A stretch of DNA of 64,000 nucleotides, from contig NC_058131.1 in assembly GCF_016433145.1 (NCBI RefSeq), positions 199,638,463-199,702,462 of the forward strand, read 5' to 3'. Source of the stretch: Gracilinanus agilis (taxonomy: Eukaryota). A program made the translations under genes and the position numbers. The notes below the pieces were generated by a model that was not told the DNA's origin, did no database searches, and worked only from the letters and a program-made list of their open reading frames with translations. Below, in pieces: positions 25,741 through 38,180 of this stretch; position 1 is the first letter of the stretch; each line of letters opens with the position of its first letter.

Positions 25741-26444
25741 AGTTAACAAAGTGAATCTGCAAATTTAAAATCTTTAATTGCCTGGACCAGTAAGAGGGCA
25801 AGCTCAGGAGTGTCAAGAGGAAGACAGGGCAGAAAGCCAGTCTTCATTAGAGAAATATCCACTGGCAGTATATGAATCAATGTAGTTTTAAAATTTCGTT
25901 CTAGATCCTATTACTTATGACATATAGGTATATTACACATATGGCTACACATATTTATCTAAGTCATTACACCTTTATCCATTATTAGAACATGCAGGTT
26001 CTTTTTTTTTTTTTTTTTTTAATTAAAATGCTTAGGGGCTTACTATGAGGTGCCTACAGGAGCTTCCAAATTTTGTATTAAGAGATTAGAGGGCTGGAAT
26101 GATCCCCTAACATCTAGTCCCCTTTTTACGGAGGGATGATCCCAGGGTCCTAGACACGAAAACCACTTGCCCAAGGACACTCAAAATTTGTTAAAAGTAG
26201 CAGATCCAGAATCCATATCCTGGGCCTGCCTCTAAATCAAACATGAATATTTAATGTAAGACATAAAATTAAGGATTCCTTATACAAATATACTGCAGGG
26301 AGTAGCTTGGTCAATGAGTCAGTCATTCTAGTCCTTAGAAGAATGAGTATTTTTAAAGAATATACTAAAATTTGCTATTTTGGTTTGTACTTCCCTAGAC
26401 TTGAGTTTGCAATTTCTCCTACTTCCTAAATATTTCTATCTGAT

Positions 26445-26648
26445 TTTTTTTCTAAGCTTTACCTTCTGTCTTAAGACTCAATACTGTGTATTGGTTCTAA
26501 AGCAGAAGAATGCTAAAAGGTGGTGGTGGGGGGGGGTGTCAAGTGACTTGCCCACGGGGGTCACACAGCTTGGGAAGTGTCTTGAGACTAGATTTGAACC
26601 TAGGACACCAGACTCTAGGCCTGGCTCTCAATCCACTGAGCTGCCCCT
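26445..26648 (-). mobile_element. Opossum SINE
   Basis: Reverse SINE body. Confidence 0.85.
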
Positions 26649-26983
26649 ATACCAATGATTATGAGCAACTAAGTTATTAACCTCTCTGGGTCAGTTTTCT
26701 AATCTGTTAAAATGAAGTAGGTGGACTAGAATTTTAGATCTGAAGCTGGAATAGCTTAGATCATCTAGTATAATCTCAGTTTGCAGAAAAGGAGGCCCAA
26801 CAATAAGAGAATTACAAACAGGCTGTACAGGTCATCTAAAGGCAGTGGAAGGACATGAGCCCATATCACAAACTCAAGGTTGAGTAGCCTATCTATAGAC
26901 TGTATCCTGCGGGCTCCTCTAGAGATCATCACCACCAAATTGTTAATGGGGGTGGGGGAAGATAACTTTAACTTGAAGGCACA

Positions 26984-28200
26984 TGTGGAAGCATCCTTTA
27001 TGGATTTTAAGAAGGGTCATGGCAGACTCCCTACTAAAGTTTCCTAACATTAAATGTGAGCCTAGTGCCCCTTACCCAGAATATAAACAAGCTAAGGCAG
27101 AATGTAACTGCAATGGGTTTAGATTCAAAGGAATTAACTCCCTAACCCAACTGTTGGGCTGTCATTTAACCTTTTTACAATTCAGTGAGTCAATTTTCTG
27201 ATTTTTCTGATTGTTATGTAAAATGGGGCTAGGGATAAGATTAAATGTGGCCTGTTAAGACTCATTCAAGCTTCAAATCTTTACAGACATGACTGGGAAA
27301 AAAGCCTTGTGAGAAAGACAGGGGAGACAGATAAGACTAGGCTTCTGCCTCAACCTCTTTTGGGGGACCCTACTCTAGTTGTCCCGGGACACCCCTCCTC
27401 AATTCTTTTGGGGGCTTACCCGATCCTTGGTGCAGATGCTCATTCCAACCTCCAGAGCCTCTACTCTGCCAGCCATGGCTAGATCTCCCAGAGTCCTGCT
27501 GATAACGATTCCAACTCATTTCTCCAAAGGTTTGGAAAGAAAAAGAGATCCTGACCTTCAGAGTATATGAACTCCCCAGCTGAAAGCCAAGCAGTTTTAA
27601 AAAGCTGAGGAAGATAGTGGGTGGGACTCCAAACTACAACCCAGACTCCACCCCTCCTCCCCTACTCCCACCCCCCAGTTTTTAATCTTTGAAAAAAAGT
27701 TTTTTTTGTAAAACCTTAGTCCAACTCTAAATAAATTGGGTGGCTTGAGGGAATTTGTTTTCCCCTCAGGCCAGTCTTCTTTTACTCTTGGTTTTATAAC
27801 TGCCTATAGGTGCCAATAGCTGCCAATAGCTGCCTATAACTGCCTATAACTGCCTATAACTGTCTATAACTGCCTACAACTGCCATTAGAGAAAGTCCAG
27901 CTGATCACCCTTCAGCTCAGCTCACCAGGCAGAATCAATATATTATATCTATCAATATATTATCTCTTTCTCCCAACCACCAAATAATCACCAACCCCCA
28001 CCACCAGCAACCAAGCCCCAAGGACCAACTACCTCCCAGCCCAAAATGGTCAAAAATGCCCTTCTCAGGGCTCACACTGGCCTTTTATAGCCTCTTCCTA
28101 CCTCACTTCCTGTTTCTCTGGCTTCTACTTCTTTTCACTGTGGGCTGGAATATCTTTACACATCTCTATGATAAAAGGACCTCCAGGACCCCAGTTAAAT
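26984..28200. mobile_element. ERV/LTR-derived segments, mostly minus orientation
   Basis: Two segments end in atctttaca (TGTAAAGAT on minus). Minus-strand TATAAAA near 28083. LTR/leader-like composition. Confidence 0.45.
27796..27885. repeat. Tandem repeat, 9 x 10-bp unit TATAACTGCC
   Basis: Nine consecutive units with few substitutions. Confidence 0.95.
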
Positions 28201-29355
28201 TAGAGAAAAGGTTTAAGAATTCCCTTTTAAAAGTGCTAGAAATTTGTTTTGAACAAAAAGAAAAAAACCTAAACAGTTCCTGTCCTTAAAGAATTGACCA
28301 CATATTGGAGAATACAGCAGGCACACAGATGCAAGATGTTACTTTAATAAATAGGAGGAATAAGAAATAGATGAAAAGGTAAGATCCTGTGGATCTGAAA
28401 TCAGTCTCCTTTGCTAACAAGAGTCATTTCCCCCCATGACATTGTGTGGATAGGGAAATTTTGTCTTCTCTGATTAAAATGGCTCTGGTGACCTAACTTC
28501 AGAGAAGCAAAATCTATATGCCAGTCATTTCCTGCTCCCCCTAAACAAATAACCCAATGGCATCTCTTCTCACTATTTCTGTGAAAGTGGCAATAACGAT
28601 GTGGGGATGTCTGATCAGGATACAGTTTCCCCATCTCTAAATGCCCTGGTACCAAATGACCTGTTGTTATCAGTTGCCCCACTGAGAGGTGCCTATCTTG
28701 AGCATAAATCCTGCAAGGAGTTAATGCCACCTTTCTCCTGAAGAAGCCTCTAAATGTTGCACATGGTTTCAAAGCTATTTCTTGCTCTTATCAGTACTAT
28801 GTCCTGTGCCCTAATAAACAATCCCGACTATGAAAATAACATTCCAAATAGACTTAAGTATCTCCTGTTCTATGAATCATAGCTCCTCCAGACTACTCCC
28901 CCAGGACAGCCCCCTTTCCAATATCCCATGAGTGAACACTATATGGAACCCGAGTTTAGCCTTTCTCCCTGATGAACTCAACTTTGCCTGGGTTCTGACA
29001 TGTGCCTCAATTTTCTCTCATGAAATAAAGGCAACTGCTGTGGAATCTGTTTTTCTCTTTGATTATTTTTTCCAGGGTTTGCAAGTCTTTGTCAATATTT
29101 CCAGGAAGCACAAAGCCCATCTATAAGGACCATAAATCAGAAATGAATAGAGCAAAACCAAGTTGCTTTTGTTGTTTTGGGAATTTTGTACTAATCTATG
29201 ATTTCATTAGGGTAGGGAATTGAGGAAACTCCCCCCAATCCTGAATATCAACATCTCTGCAACTTTATAGGCTTAGATTTGCCCTGGCTCATATAGCTCA
29301 CATTTGCCAAAGAGAGGATTTAAACCCAGGTTCTCCTGACTCTGAGCCTAGCTGC

Positions 29356-30020
29356 TGTTGACGTGGAATCTAGTAACCCCAAACTTGTAGCCTAGTAAGA
29401 TCTGATGAACCCCAAGTTTTAGGATTAACTTGTAAATTGGAGACCCCAAGTTGTCCTTGTTCCCAAGAAAATCCACCCAGAAGGGAATCTCAAACTAGCA
29501 GTTTCAGACTAAGGTAAATGATGATCCCAGTTAAATGGGGCTAAGGGAATGCTAAATACTCTTTTTGTCTTAGTTAAGTTTTCCCCTTTGTATCAGAGAC
29601 CCTTTCCCAAGGAGACCCAACACCTGGGCAGGTACCATCTTTTTTAGTGTCCCTTCCCGGTAAATAGCCCCTTTCTCTTCCCAAAGCCTCTAGCTATGAT
29701 TCCTTTCTCAAGCGTGATTGTATCCTGTCAGTTGTTGATGTGGAATCTAAGAGACCCCAAACTTGTGGCCTAGTGAGCTTGTAGGTTGGAGACCCCCAAG
29801 GCTTGTGCATATTCCCTGTTTCCGTGAGAATCCACCCTGAAGGGAATCCCAGACTAGCAGTTGCAGACTGAATAATGGACCCTAAGATAAAAACTGAGTG
29901 ATTCTTTTGCCTTAGAAGCTTTTCCTATTGTGTCTTCCTGGGAAAGGGTCTTTGATACAATGGGGAAGACTACCCAAGACAAAAGGATATTTAGCATTTA
30001 CTCTGAGAATTATACTTAGC
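29356..30020 (+). mobile_element. Two tandem related LTR copies beginning TGTTGAYGTGGAATCT (29356 and 29733)
   Basis: Shared 5' sequence, also shared with minus copies ending at 32035, 33679 and 53974. Confidence 0.75.
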
Positions 30021-31399
30021 CTGAGCAAAGACTCTCAAAGTAGAGAACCTAGAGAGGAGAGCTATTCCCCAAATTCAGCTAAAGCAGGTAAAAGTTTAGA
30101 ATAATAGCATTTTTTGTTGTTAAGAGGATTAAAGGTAATGTCTATCGGACTTGAAAACTCTGCGTACAGATTCCAGAGTGCTAGATGGTCTCAAAATATT
30201 ATCAGAATTGAGGAAAAGAGAGGATGGAGCCTAGAAATAATTGCTAATAGCCAAAGATAGTGTAGTTTAAACCCTGAACATGGTTAGAGAGAATTGCCAT
30301 CTAAGGGCGAATTGTATGGAAAGATAATTGGGAAAAGAAATGCTATGGAGGAAAATTGGTTATGGATGCAGTCACAAAAGGAATGGAAGGGCTGAGAAAT
30401 GGCTCAGCCAAGTTCTACAGGTGACTACCGATCATTACCAACTTATGCGTGGCATTAATATTCCAAGTTATAGGAGCTTTTCTCCCTCCTTTCAAGTTAC
30501 TTCCCACTTTTCTCCTGTTCTAGCAAAATTCTAGTAATCATATGAAGAAGGAGCTTTAGAAAGGCAAGGCCTAGAATATGGGAATGGTGAAGGCAAATAG
30601 AAATTTTAGCCATTGCAAATGAGGTTAGCAGATTAAGAGGTCCCTTTTCCTAAAAGGAGGAAGAATTTAGGTCATAAGGAAAACCTGACAAAACACCAGT
30701 GTCAAAAAGGGGGGAAGCAGTACACTTATAAATAGTAGATCCTAAGCAGTATTTTTAATAAACAAGGTTCAGATAGAACACTGACTTTCTCCCCAGTACC
30801 AGTAAAGTTTACACATCTTGAAGACTATAGGCAGGAAACAATGAGATAAGGAAACTTTTGCTCCTAGGAATGCTACTGAAATCACCTACAGACTAGGTTT
30901 AAGTTCAATGGTGAATGAACCTTTATTGCCAATGATACTTGGGAAATTGAAAAGTATACCCAAAACTAATTTGGTTAAGGAGATCTCATGTTAACTGCCT
31001 AAGCAAGAGAATTATTTTCACAAGAATTTTTATTTGCAGACTTTACATTAGCGGACTCAGTTGCAACATTATTTTTTCATACAAAGTAATAGGAGTAAAG
31101 GTTTAAGCTGTTTGGGCATTATAGTTAAGTAATTAAAGGTGAATGAAAACAGTTTTTAAATCCCTAGCATCTCAACCTCCCCAAAGTGGGGTGTGTGAGA
31201 TGTTTTAAAATTAGGGAAAGTTAGAAGCATTTTCAATCTTGAGAGAATTTTTGGAGTTAATTTTAATTTGAGACTTTTAAAAATTATTTTGAAGTTGAAA
31301 TTGTCATGTAGTTTTTCATATGATTTTGAGATTGTTGTCATAGAATATTTAATTAGACTTTTTCTTGGTATTAGATGATATTTTAATTTTTGGTCACTG

Positions 31400-32035
31400 T
31401 ACGGAGGAAAGGCTACTTTCAGATTTACAAACCCTGATTAATCTGTGATGTGGATTTATTTTTTGCTTTTATATTTCTATAGTTTGTAGGGTTGCTTTTA
31501 AATTATATTTTTGGTAGAGTAAGGCAATTTTTCTGATTGAGCATGTAATTTAAATAATTTTATAACGGGTGTACAATGAACACGAATAGAATCAATAATA
31601 TGGGATGTCAAGAGTAAGGTTAGAAGCGTGGATATGAATAATCTTTATGGTGAGTAAGTATATTGGGAGTTGATCAAGTTCAGTTAAAGAATGTGTTTAT
31701 GGATCTCTTTTTAAGTTTTCTCTTGCAGCAATGAAGCTGTGCATAACTCTTGTAAGCTGAAGGTCCTGAGTTTGATCAGAAAGGGGGATTTGGTACAAAG
31801 GGAGAAGCTTCTAAGGCAAAAGAATCACTTAGCTTTTACCCTAGGGTCCATTATTCAGTCTGCAACTGCTAGTCTGGGATTCCTTTTAGGGTGGATTCTC
31901 ACGGGACCTGGGAACATGGAATAGGGAATAAGTACAAGCTTTGGGGGTCTCCAACCTACAAGCTATTTCTAAAACTTAGGGTTCAGCAGATCTCACTAGG
32001 CCACAAGTTTGGGGTCTCTAGATTCCACGTCAACA
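31400..32035 (-). mobile_element. LTR of the TGTTGACGTGGAATCTAG family
   Basis: 31749-32035 is nearly identical to 53704-53974. Left boundary approximate. Confidence 0.75.
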
Positions 32036-33036
32036 CAGTATAGTTTGAACACTCCCATTTCCGTGTAGCTATGGTAATGTCAATCAATTATCTTTCCCAC
32101 TCCCTAGAGATCCCCCAAATGGTATGTAGGTCCCCCAAATTCTTTTGTTCCTGGGAGCTGTCATCTAGCGCGGTGTCACTCCCAGGAGTTTGATGAGCTG
32201 CCATAGTCTGGTTTCTCTGCATGGGCTTTGTAGCGCACAGCTCTGCCACGAGGCCTAAATTTTAGAGCTAAAAACTCCTTTTCCTTCATTAAAGAATGAT
32301 TTTTCTGACTACTTAATAGTTCTGTGTTTGTTCCCAGTTAACACTGCACACGCATTAATATACACCATCTCTCCACTAGAAGTGGGAAAGATTGGTGCCA
32401 CCACCACCACCACCACCATCACCACTACATACACAAACAGTAATTACCAGGTGATTGATTTATTATGTTTCTTATAACATGACTGCAGGTACACACCCCT
32501 GGGGCACACAGGCAGTCTATCGTCTCAAAATTGAGGATCCCACCTTTTCCATCCTACACCTACCTCTCTCGTATTTTCTGTGCCCTTGTGCATAATCGAG
32601 GTGGCTGCAGTCTATGGATTTATGTCTGTCTCTGGATAGATATAGCTATAATAAAGAAGAGGCTGGGGTACTTGTAAACTCCTTTACCCTCCCTTGCCCC
32701 TTCTTCCCCTGAAGAAGGTAAGATGGACATCAGAGAGCTTTTCTCAGATCTTCTTTTTCAGGTAGGAACTCAAGGAAGACACCTTGCGATTTCCTGCCTG
32801 GCTATAGGACTTCATGAGGTCCCCAACACCAGTCTCATTTCTCCCTTTACCCCAGGCTTTATAGCTCCTATCCATGTGTTGTCTCCCTTATAAGACTGTG
32901 AGCTCCTTGAGAGCATGGAATCTTTTTGCCTTTCTGTTTACATCCCTGACATCGTAGTCATTTAATAAATGTTTATTGAATATCTTGCATTTGGAAAATT
33001 ACAAAAGTTCATTTCGGGGACCGTGCTCAGATCCAC

Positions 33037-33679
33037 TGTTGACTTGGAAAAAAAACACAGAAATATTAAGTAGTCAGGAAAGCCGCTCTTTAATCAAGGA
33101 CAGAGGTAAGAGGGCTGAGTAGGCCTCTACTCAGAGCTGAGCACTACCCAATACACACTTATGCAGAGTGCCAGGATTGCACTCCAAATGCTCTGACCCC
33201 TGGGAGTGCCCAGGCGATAGATAACTCTGAGGAGCCATTGAAGTTGGGGAGCTTAAATACCTTTTCTGGGGAACATGGGGACTAAGGACAAGAGGGATAG
33301 TTGATTGACCTTACAATATTAACAAAGGAAAATGAGGAGTTCCAGACAGACAGGAATATAGTGAAAGTCTGATGCCTTACAATAGACACAAAAGGGAAAG
33401 ACTCAGCCAAGGGCAAGTCACCTAGATAAAGGACCCTGGCCAAGGGGAGAAACCATTGGGTCATAAGAGATACAGAACATCTGATGGGATTAGCCATCCC
33501 CACCTAGATTCCTTGAAGTCCCATTGTTAGTCTGAGACTGGTAAAGTGGGACTTTCCCCAGGGAAGAACCATCACTCACAAGGTCAAACCTGGAACCTTT
33601 ACCTTAGGGCCAACTAAACAGGGGTTCATCAATTCTTCCTAGGATACAAGTTTGGGGGCTCCTAGATTCCTCGTTGACA
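33037..33679 (-). mobile_element. Solo LTR (~643 bp), diverged member of the same family
   Basis: TG...CA termini with inverted tgttgac/ttgaca ends, flanks ccac/ccat (4-bp TSD, one mismatch). Confidence 0.75.
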
Positions 33680-34885
33680 CCATAGAGAATACCAATAAGC
33701 TGTATCGTTTCCAAAAGCTGAGATCTTTCGTGAGTATGAAGCCCCCTTCCCCCTTTTATGATTATAATAGTACTAACCTTTATGATTATTTTAATGACAG
33801 AATCATTCCTTTTGAGTTAATAGTCAAAGTGATAGTTTGTTTTATAAAATTATAGGGATTAGCTAAGAAAGTTACAGTTTTGGGTGGTCTCAAATCTCGT
33901 TTACATCTTTTGACCTTAAGCCTATAACCAAAAGTTACTAACAAGCCCACCACATCCTATTGGGTAGGAGCTTAAAACCATCGCCCAGGAGGAAGGCCAC
34001 TGTGGTTTCTACAAACTGCCCACTCCTAATATTGTCAGTAAAAGACACCAAGAGTGCAAAGGCCTTTAAAAGGTCAGCAATAGTAACAGATTTCAGCTAC
34101 CACCCAAAGTGATCTTTTGCATTCACTAGCTTAAATAGCACTTGTGTCACTAATGAAGAACACCTCTGTGGAAGATCTGAGCATCTTTTTATTTTTTTGT
34201 GTCACTGTCACTATGTCATAAGACTTCTCTCTTCTAAGGCTTGAGCAGGGTCTCTGCTTCTGTTGGGACCAGGGTCCGGCTTTATTGTGAGGGAGGCCTC
34301 CTCTCAATAAACCTATTATTTAGCTTGGAGTTCTGTATTGGTGTGATAAAATTTCACCACACTTTTGTGAGAATTATAAGGAACTTTGGAGTTTTATTTG
34401 GACTAAACCTCTGCCCTCTATCACAGCCCCCTTTAATTATCCCAGACTCTTGTAGGGGTCTCTTATTCTGACATTTGACAAGAGTGTTGGGAAATGAGGG
34501 TGGAAAAATAAGTTGAAGTCACATTGTAGAGGATCTTCAGTGCTAGATTAAGGAATTTGGACAGTGGGGAGCCACTAACATTTTTTTGAGCAGGGGAATA
34601 ATATAATGAAAATACTAGAAAGAAAAGGTAGTGGAATTAGGAGGATCTAGGTTCAAGTCCTGCCTCAGATAAATTTAGGTTGTGCTGATCATATCAGTAA
34701 AGCCAGTAAACTGCCCAATGCCTCTAAAACATATTTCCACCCCCCAAAATCTGCCCATAAAAACCTACTGTGGTGTCTCATTATGATGTGGAGATGACCC
34801 TTGAATTCTTGAAATTCCAGCATGGCATTCTCTGTCTGCCACATTATAACAAGCTAGAGAGACTGAGTAAAAATTAGCAGGTGAA

Positions 34886-36157
34886 AGAGGGAAACTATAA
34901 ACATGTTAAGTGAACACAGAATAGTATACTTGTCAGATCTCTGGGAAAGGAAAGACTTTAAAACCAAGCAAGAGTTAGAGAAAATTACAAAATGTAAATT
35001 AAATGGTTTTGATTATATTAAACTAAAAAGTTTTTGTACAAACAAAAACAATGTAGTCAAAATCAGAAGGGAAACAACAAATTGGGAAAAAATCTTTATA
35101 ACGAAAAACTCTGACAGGGGTCTAATCACTCAAATATACAAGGAGTTAAAGCAATTGTATAAAACACCAAGCCATTCCCCAATTGATAAATGGGCAAGAG
35201 ACATGAATAGGCAATTTTCAGGTAAAGAAATCAAAAGTATCAATAAGCACATGAGAAAGTGTTCCAAATCTCTAATAATTAGAGAAATGCAAATCAAAAC
35301 AACTCTGAGGTATCACCTCACACCTAGCAGATTGGCTAAAATGAAAGAAGGGGAGAGTAATGAATGCTGGAGGGGATGTGTGGCAAAATTGGGACACTAA
35401 TGCATTGCTGGTGGAGCTGTGAACTGATCCAGCCATTCTGGCTGGCAATTTGGAACCATGCTCAAAGGGCTATAAAAGAATGCCTGCCCTTTGATCCAGC
35501 CATACCATTACTGGGTTTGTACCCCAAAGAGATCATAGATAAACAGACTTGTACGAAAATATTCATAGCTGCGCTTTTTGTGGTGGCAACAAATTGGAAA
35601 AGGAGGGTATGTCCTTCAATTGGGGAATGGCTGAACAAACTGTGGTATATGTGGGTGATGGAATACTATTGTGCTAAAAGGAATAATAAACTGGAGGAGT
35701 TCCAGGCGAACTGGAGAGACCTCCAGGAACTGATGCAGAGTGAAAGGAGCAGAGCCAGAAGAACTCTATACACAGAGACTGACATTCTGTGGTAAAATCG
35801 AATGTAATGGACCTCTGTACCAGCAGCAATACAATGACCCAGGACAATTCTGAGGGAGTTATGGTAAAGATGCTACCCACATTCAGAGGAAGGACTGCAG
35901 GAGAGGAAACATATAATAAAAACAACTGCTTGAACGCATGGGTCGGGGTGGACATGATTGAGGGTGTGGACTCGCAACTACCACACCAATGCAACTACCA
36001 ACAATTGGGAAATTGGTCTTGTTCAAGGACACATGACAAAACTAGTGGAAATGCGCATCGGCCATGGGTGGGGGGGGGTGTGGGGGGGGGTTGAAGGGGA
36101 AAGGAGGAGCATGAATCATGTAACCATGTTAAAAATGAATATTAATAAATGTTAAAA
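34886..36157 (+). mobile_element. Young 5'-truncated L1 (~1.27 kb; ORF2 C-terminal Cys-rich region with one frameshift, 3' UTR, poly-A)
   Basis: ORFs 34903-35400 and 35364-35795 encode L1 ORF2 motifs (HLTPSRLA, GTLMHCWWSCELIQPFW). 17-bp TSD aaaaattagcaggtgaa at 34869-34885 and 36158-36174. Confidence 0.97.
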
Positions 36158-36174
36158 AAAAATTAGCAGGTGAA

Positions 36175-36407
36175 GGGGGCAACTAGGTGGCTCAGCAGAT
36201 TGAGAGAGGCCTGGAGATGTATTCAAATCTGACCTCAGACACTCCTTACCTGTATGATTCTGGACAAGTCACTTAACCATCATTGCCTAGACCTTACTCC
36301 TCTCCTGCCTTGGAACCAACACGGAAGGCAAGATTTTTTTTTTTAAGTAATGTTATCAAAATAAGAAAAATTGTTTGCAATTTTAAAAATTTAATTACAT
36401 TTTTTTT
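36175..36407 (+). mobile_element. SINE sharing its target site with the adjacent L1
   Basis: Head gggggcaactaggtggctcag, third copy of aattagcaggtga at 36408-36420. Confidence 0.85.
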
Positions 36408-36446
36408 AATTAGCAGGTGACTCTATATTGGAAATCTGGATGACCC

Positions 36447-38180
36447 TGTGAAAATCCCCTATAAAGATAAAAAATAATAAATGCTGATATAAATATATAA
36501 ATTAGTATTTTAATTAAAGCCATGCTGATAGATAAAGTCATTAGACCACTCGCTTATAAGAATTCAAAACTGCCACCCCAGCGATTATTACCTCCCTTCT
36601 CTTCCTGAGTCTGCTGGCCAAGAGGTGGTAGCTAAAAAAAGAGGAAGTTCCTCCTCCCCCCTCCCCCCCCCCGGTGATTTAAACTGTTCTCTGCGTGGAG
36701 ACGTAGGCGTCCCCACACCCAAAGAACCAGAACCGGAAACCCGTTGGACCACTGTGGGAAGCCATTCGATGTATTAAAGTCATTGGAGAAATAGGATCAA
36801 ATTTAGGGCCTGTTATCTGGATTCCCTACATGACCAATCCAGGCTGAGGCAGTCTTTGTGTTTGGTCCTGGTCACCTGAGCCCTGAAAAGCTCTGGTACC
36901 AGCAGGTAGGTTAATCCAAAATCAACTTGACCCCTCCAAGAGGCTATTAGGAGTCATTTAGAGAAACAGAGTCTGTAACAGATATTTTATCTGGATCCCA
37001 TTACAAAATCATCGACAAGTAAAACTGTGTGTATGATTTTCTGCACTGCATGTCAGGACAGACAGAATGGGCCATCTAAGATAAAAATCTGAGGCTCCTC
37101 TTTTGACTCAGTCTTTGATCCCCACCTTTTTTACAATTCTTATTGGAGAGCTTTGAAGTGGCAGACCAGCTTCTACTGAGTGGATGACTTCTTTCCTTGA
37201 TAATTGAGAAGCCTGAATCCTAACAAATGCTACTTAGATAAAATCCCATATTCAGATTAAAACCGGATTCTTTAGTCTGAATGCAGATTTCAATTGATGA
37301 GCATCTCCCTGGGATTTTATCCCCTGCTGAATTGGGGTTTGGAATTTGACCATTTGTCTTTACATCTGTATTCTTTAGACTTCAATGGATTATGCGTGAT
37401 TTATTGCCCCTTACCAACTGTGACTCCTTTTGCTTGAAATCAGTATATAATAAACTTCCATGCCCGCAGAATTGGGGACAGCATGGGCTAACCACTAGTC
37501 TAGTTGTTCTCATTTTCTTTCTCCTACCTTAACCATCCTATGCCACCACGCCGCTCAGGACCCCAAAAAATCATATAGAGGCATGGCTCCCTATAGACCA
37601 CGGGAAATGTAGTTTGATAATTTCCACATGTCCATAGAAAATACATATATATACTTAAAGATGGCATCTCCCAAATTTCACTGTTACAATTCCCCCTGAG
37701 GTCCGGCAAAAAAAAGGTTAGCCCTTTTTCTTCACTGGACCTGTAAAAATAGACAACTTCTAAAATTTAGGAATTTGGGGAATAAAAGAAATAGATGAAC
37801 AAATGGATAAACTGGCCGCATTGACAAAAAACCAATTTGGGGGCAGTCCCCTATTGGTTTAACAGTGTACAATTAAAACAATATATACAACTCAATTTCA
37901 ACTCCCCATAGCAACTGCACCCCAAAGTTCAAAATTTGGTCTTCATGGTACAGTGAAGGCTTTTCAGACATCTTCATGGTGTCTTCACTAAACAGGTTCA
38001 TCGTCTGGATTCTGGGGAGATGGTAGGATCCTTATCCTGAAATTACGTCTCCACGCAGAGAACAGTTTAAATCTCCCGGGGGGAGGAGGAACTTCCTCTT
38101 TTTTTAGCTACCACCTCTTGGCCAGCAGACTCAGGGAGAGACGGGAGGTAATAATGGCTGGGGTGGCAGTTTTGAATAAG
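36447..38180. mobile_element. ERV/LTR complex: plus LTR-like segment (~36447-37510) and a minus ERV 3' segment with PPT and LTR start near 37686
   Basis: AATAAA near 37449. On minus, a purine tract ggggaat is followed by TGTAAC. Internal inverted repeat present. Confidence 0.6.

Noticed and set aside
30030-31400. Possible degraded gag zinc knuckle and PPT between inverted LTRs
   Set aside because: Too degenerate to support a specific ERV protein call
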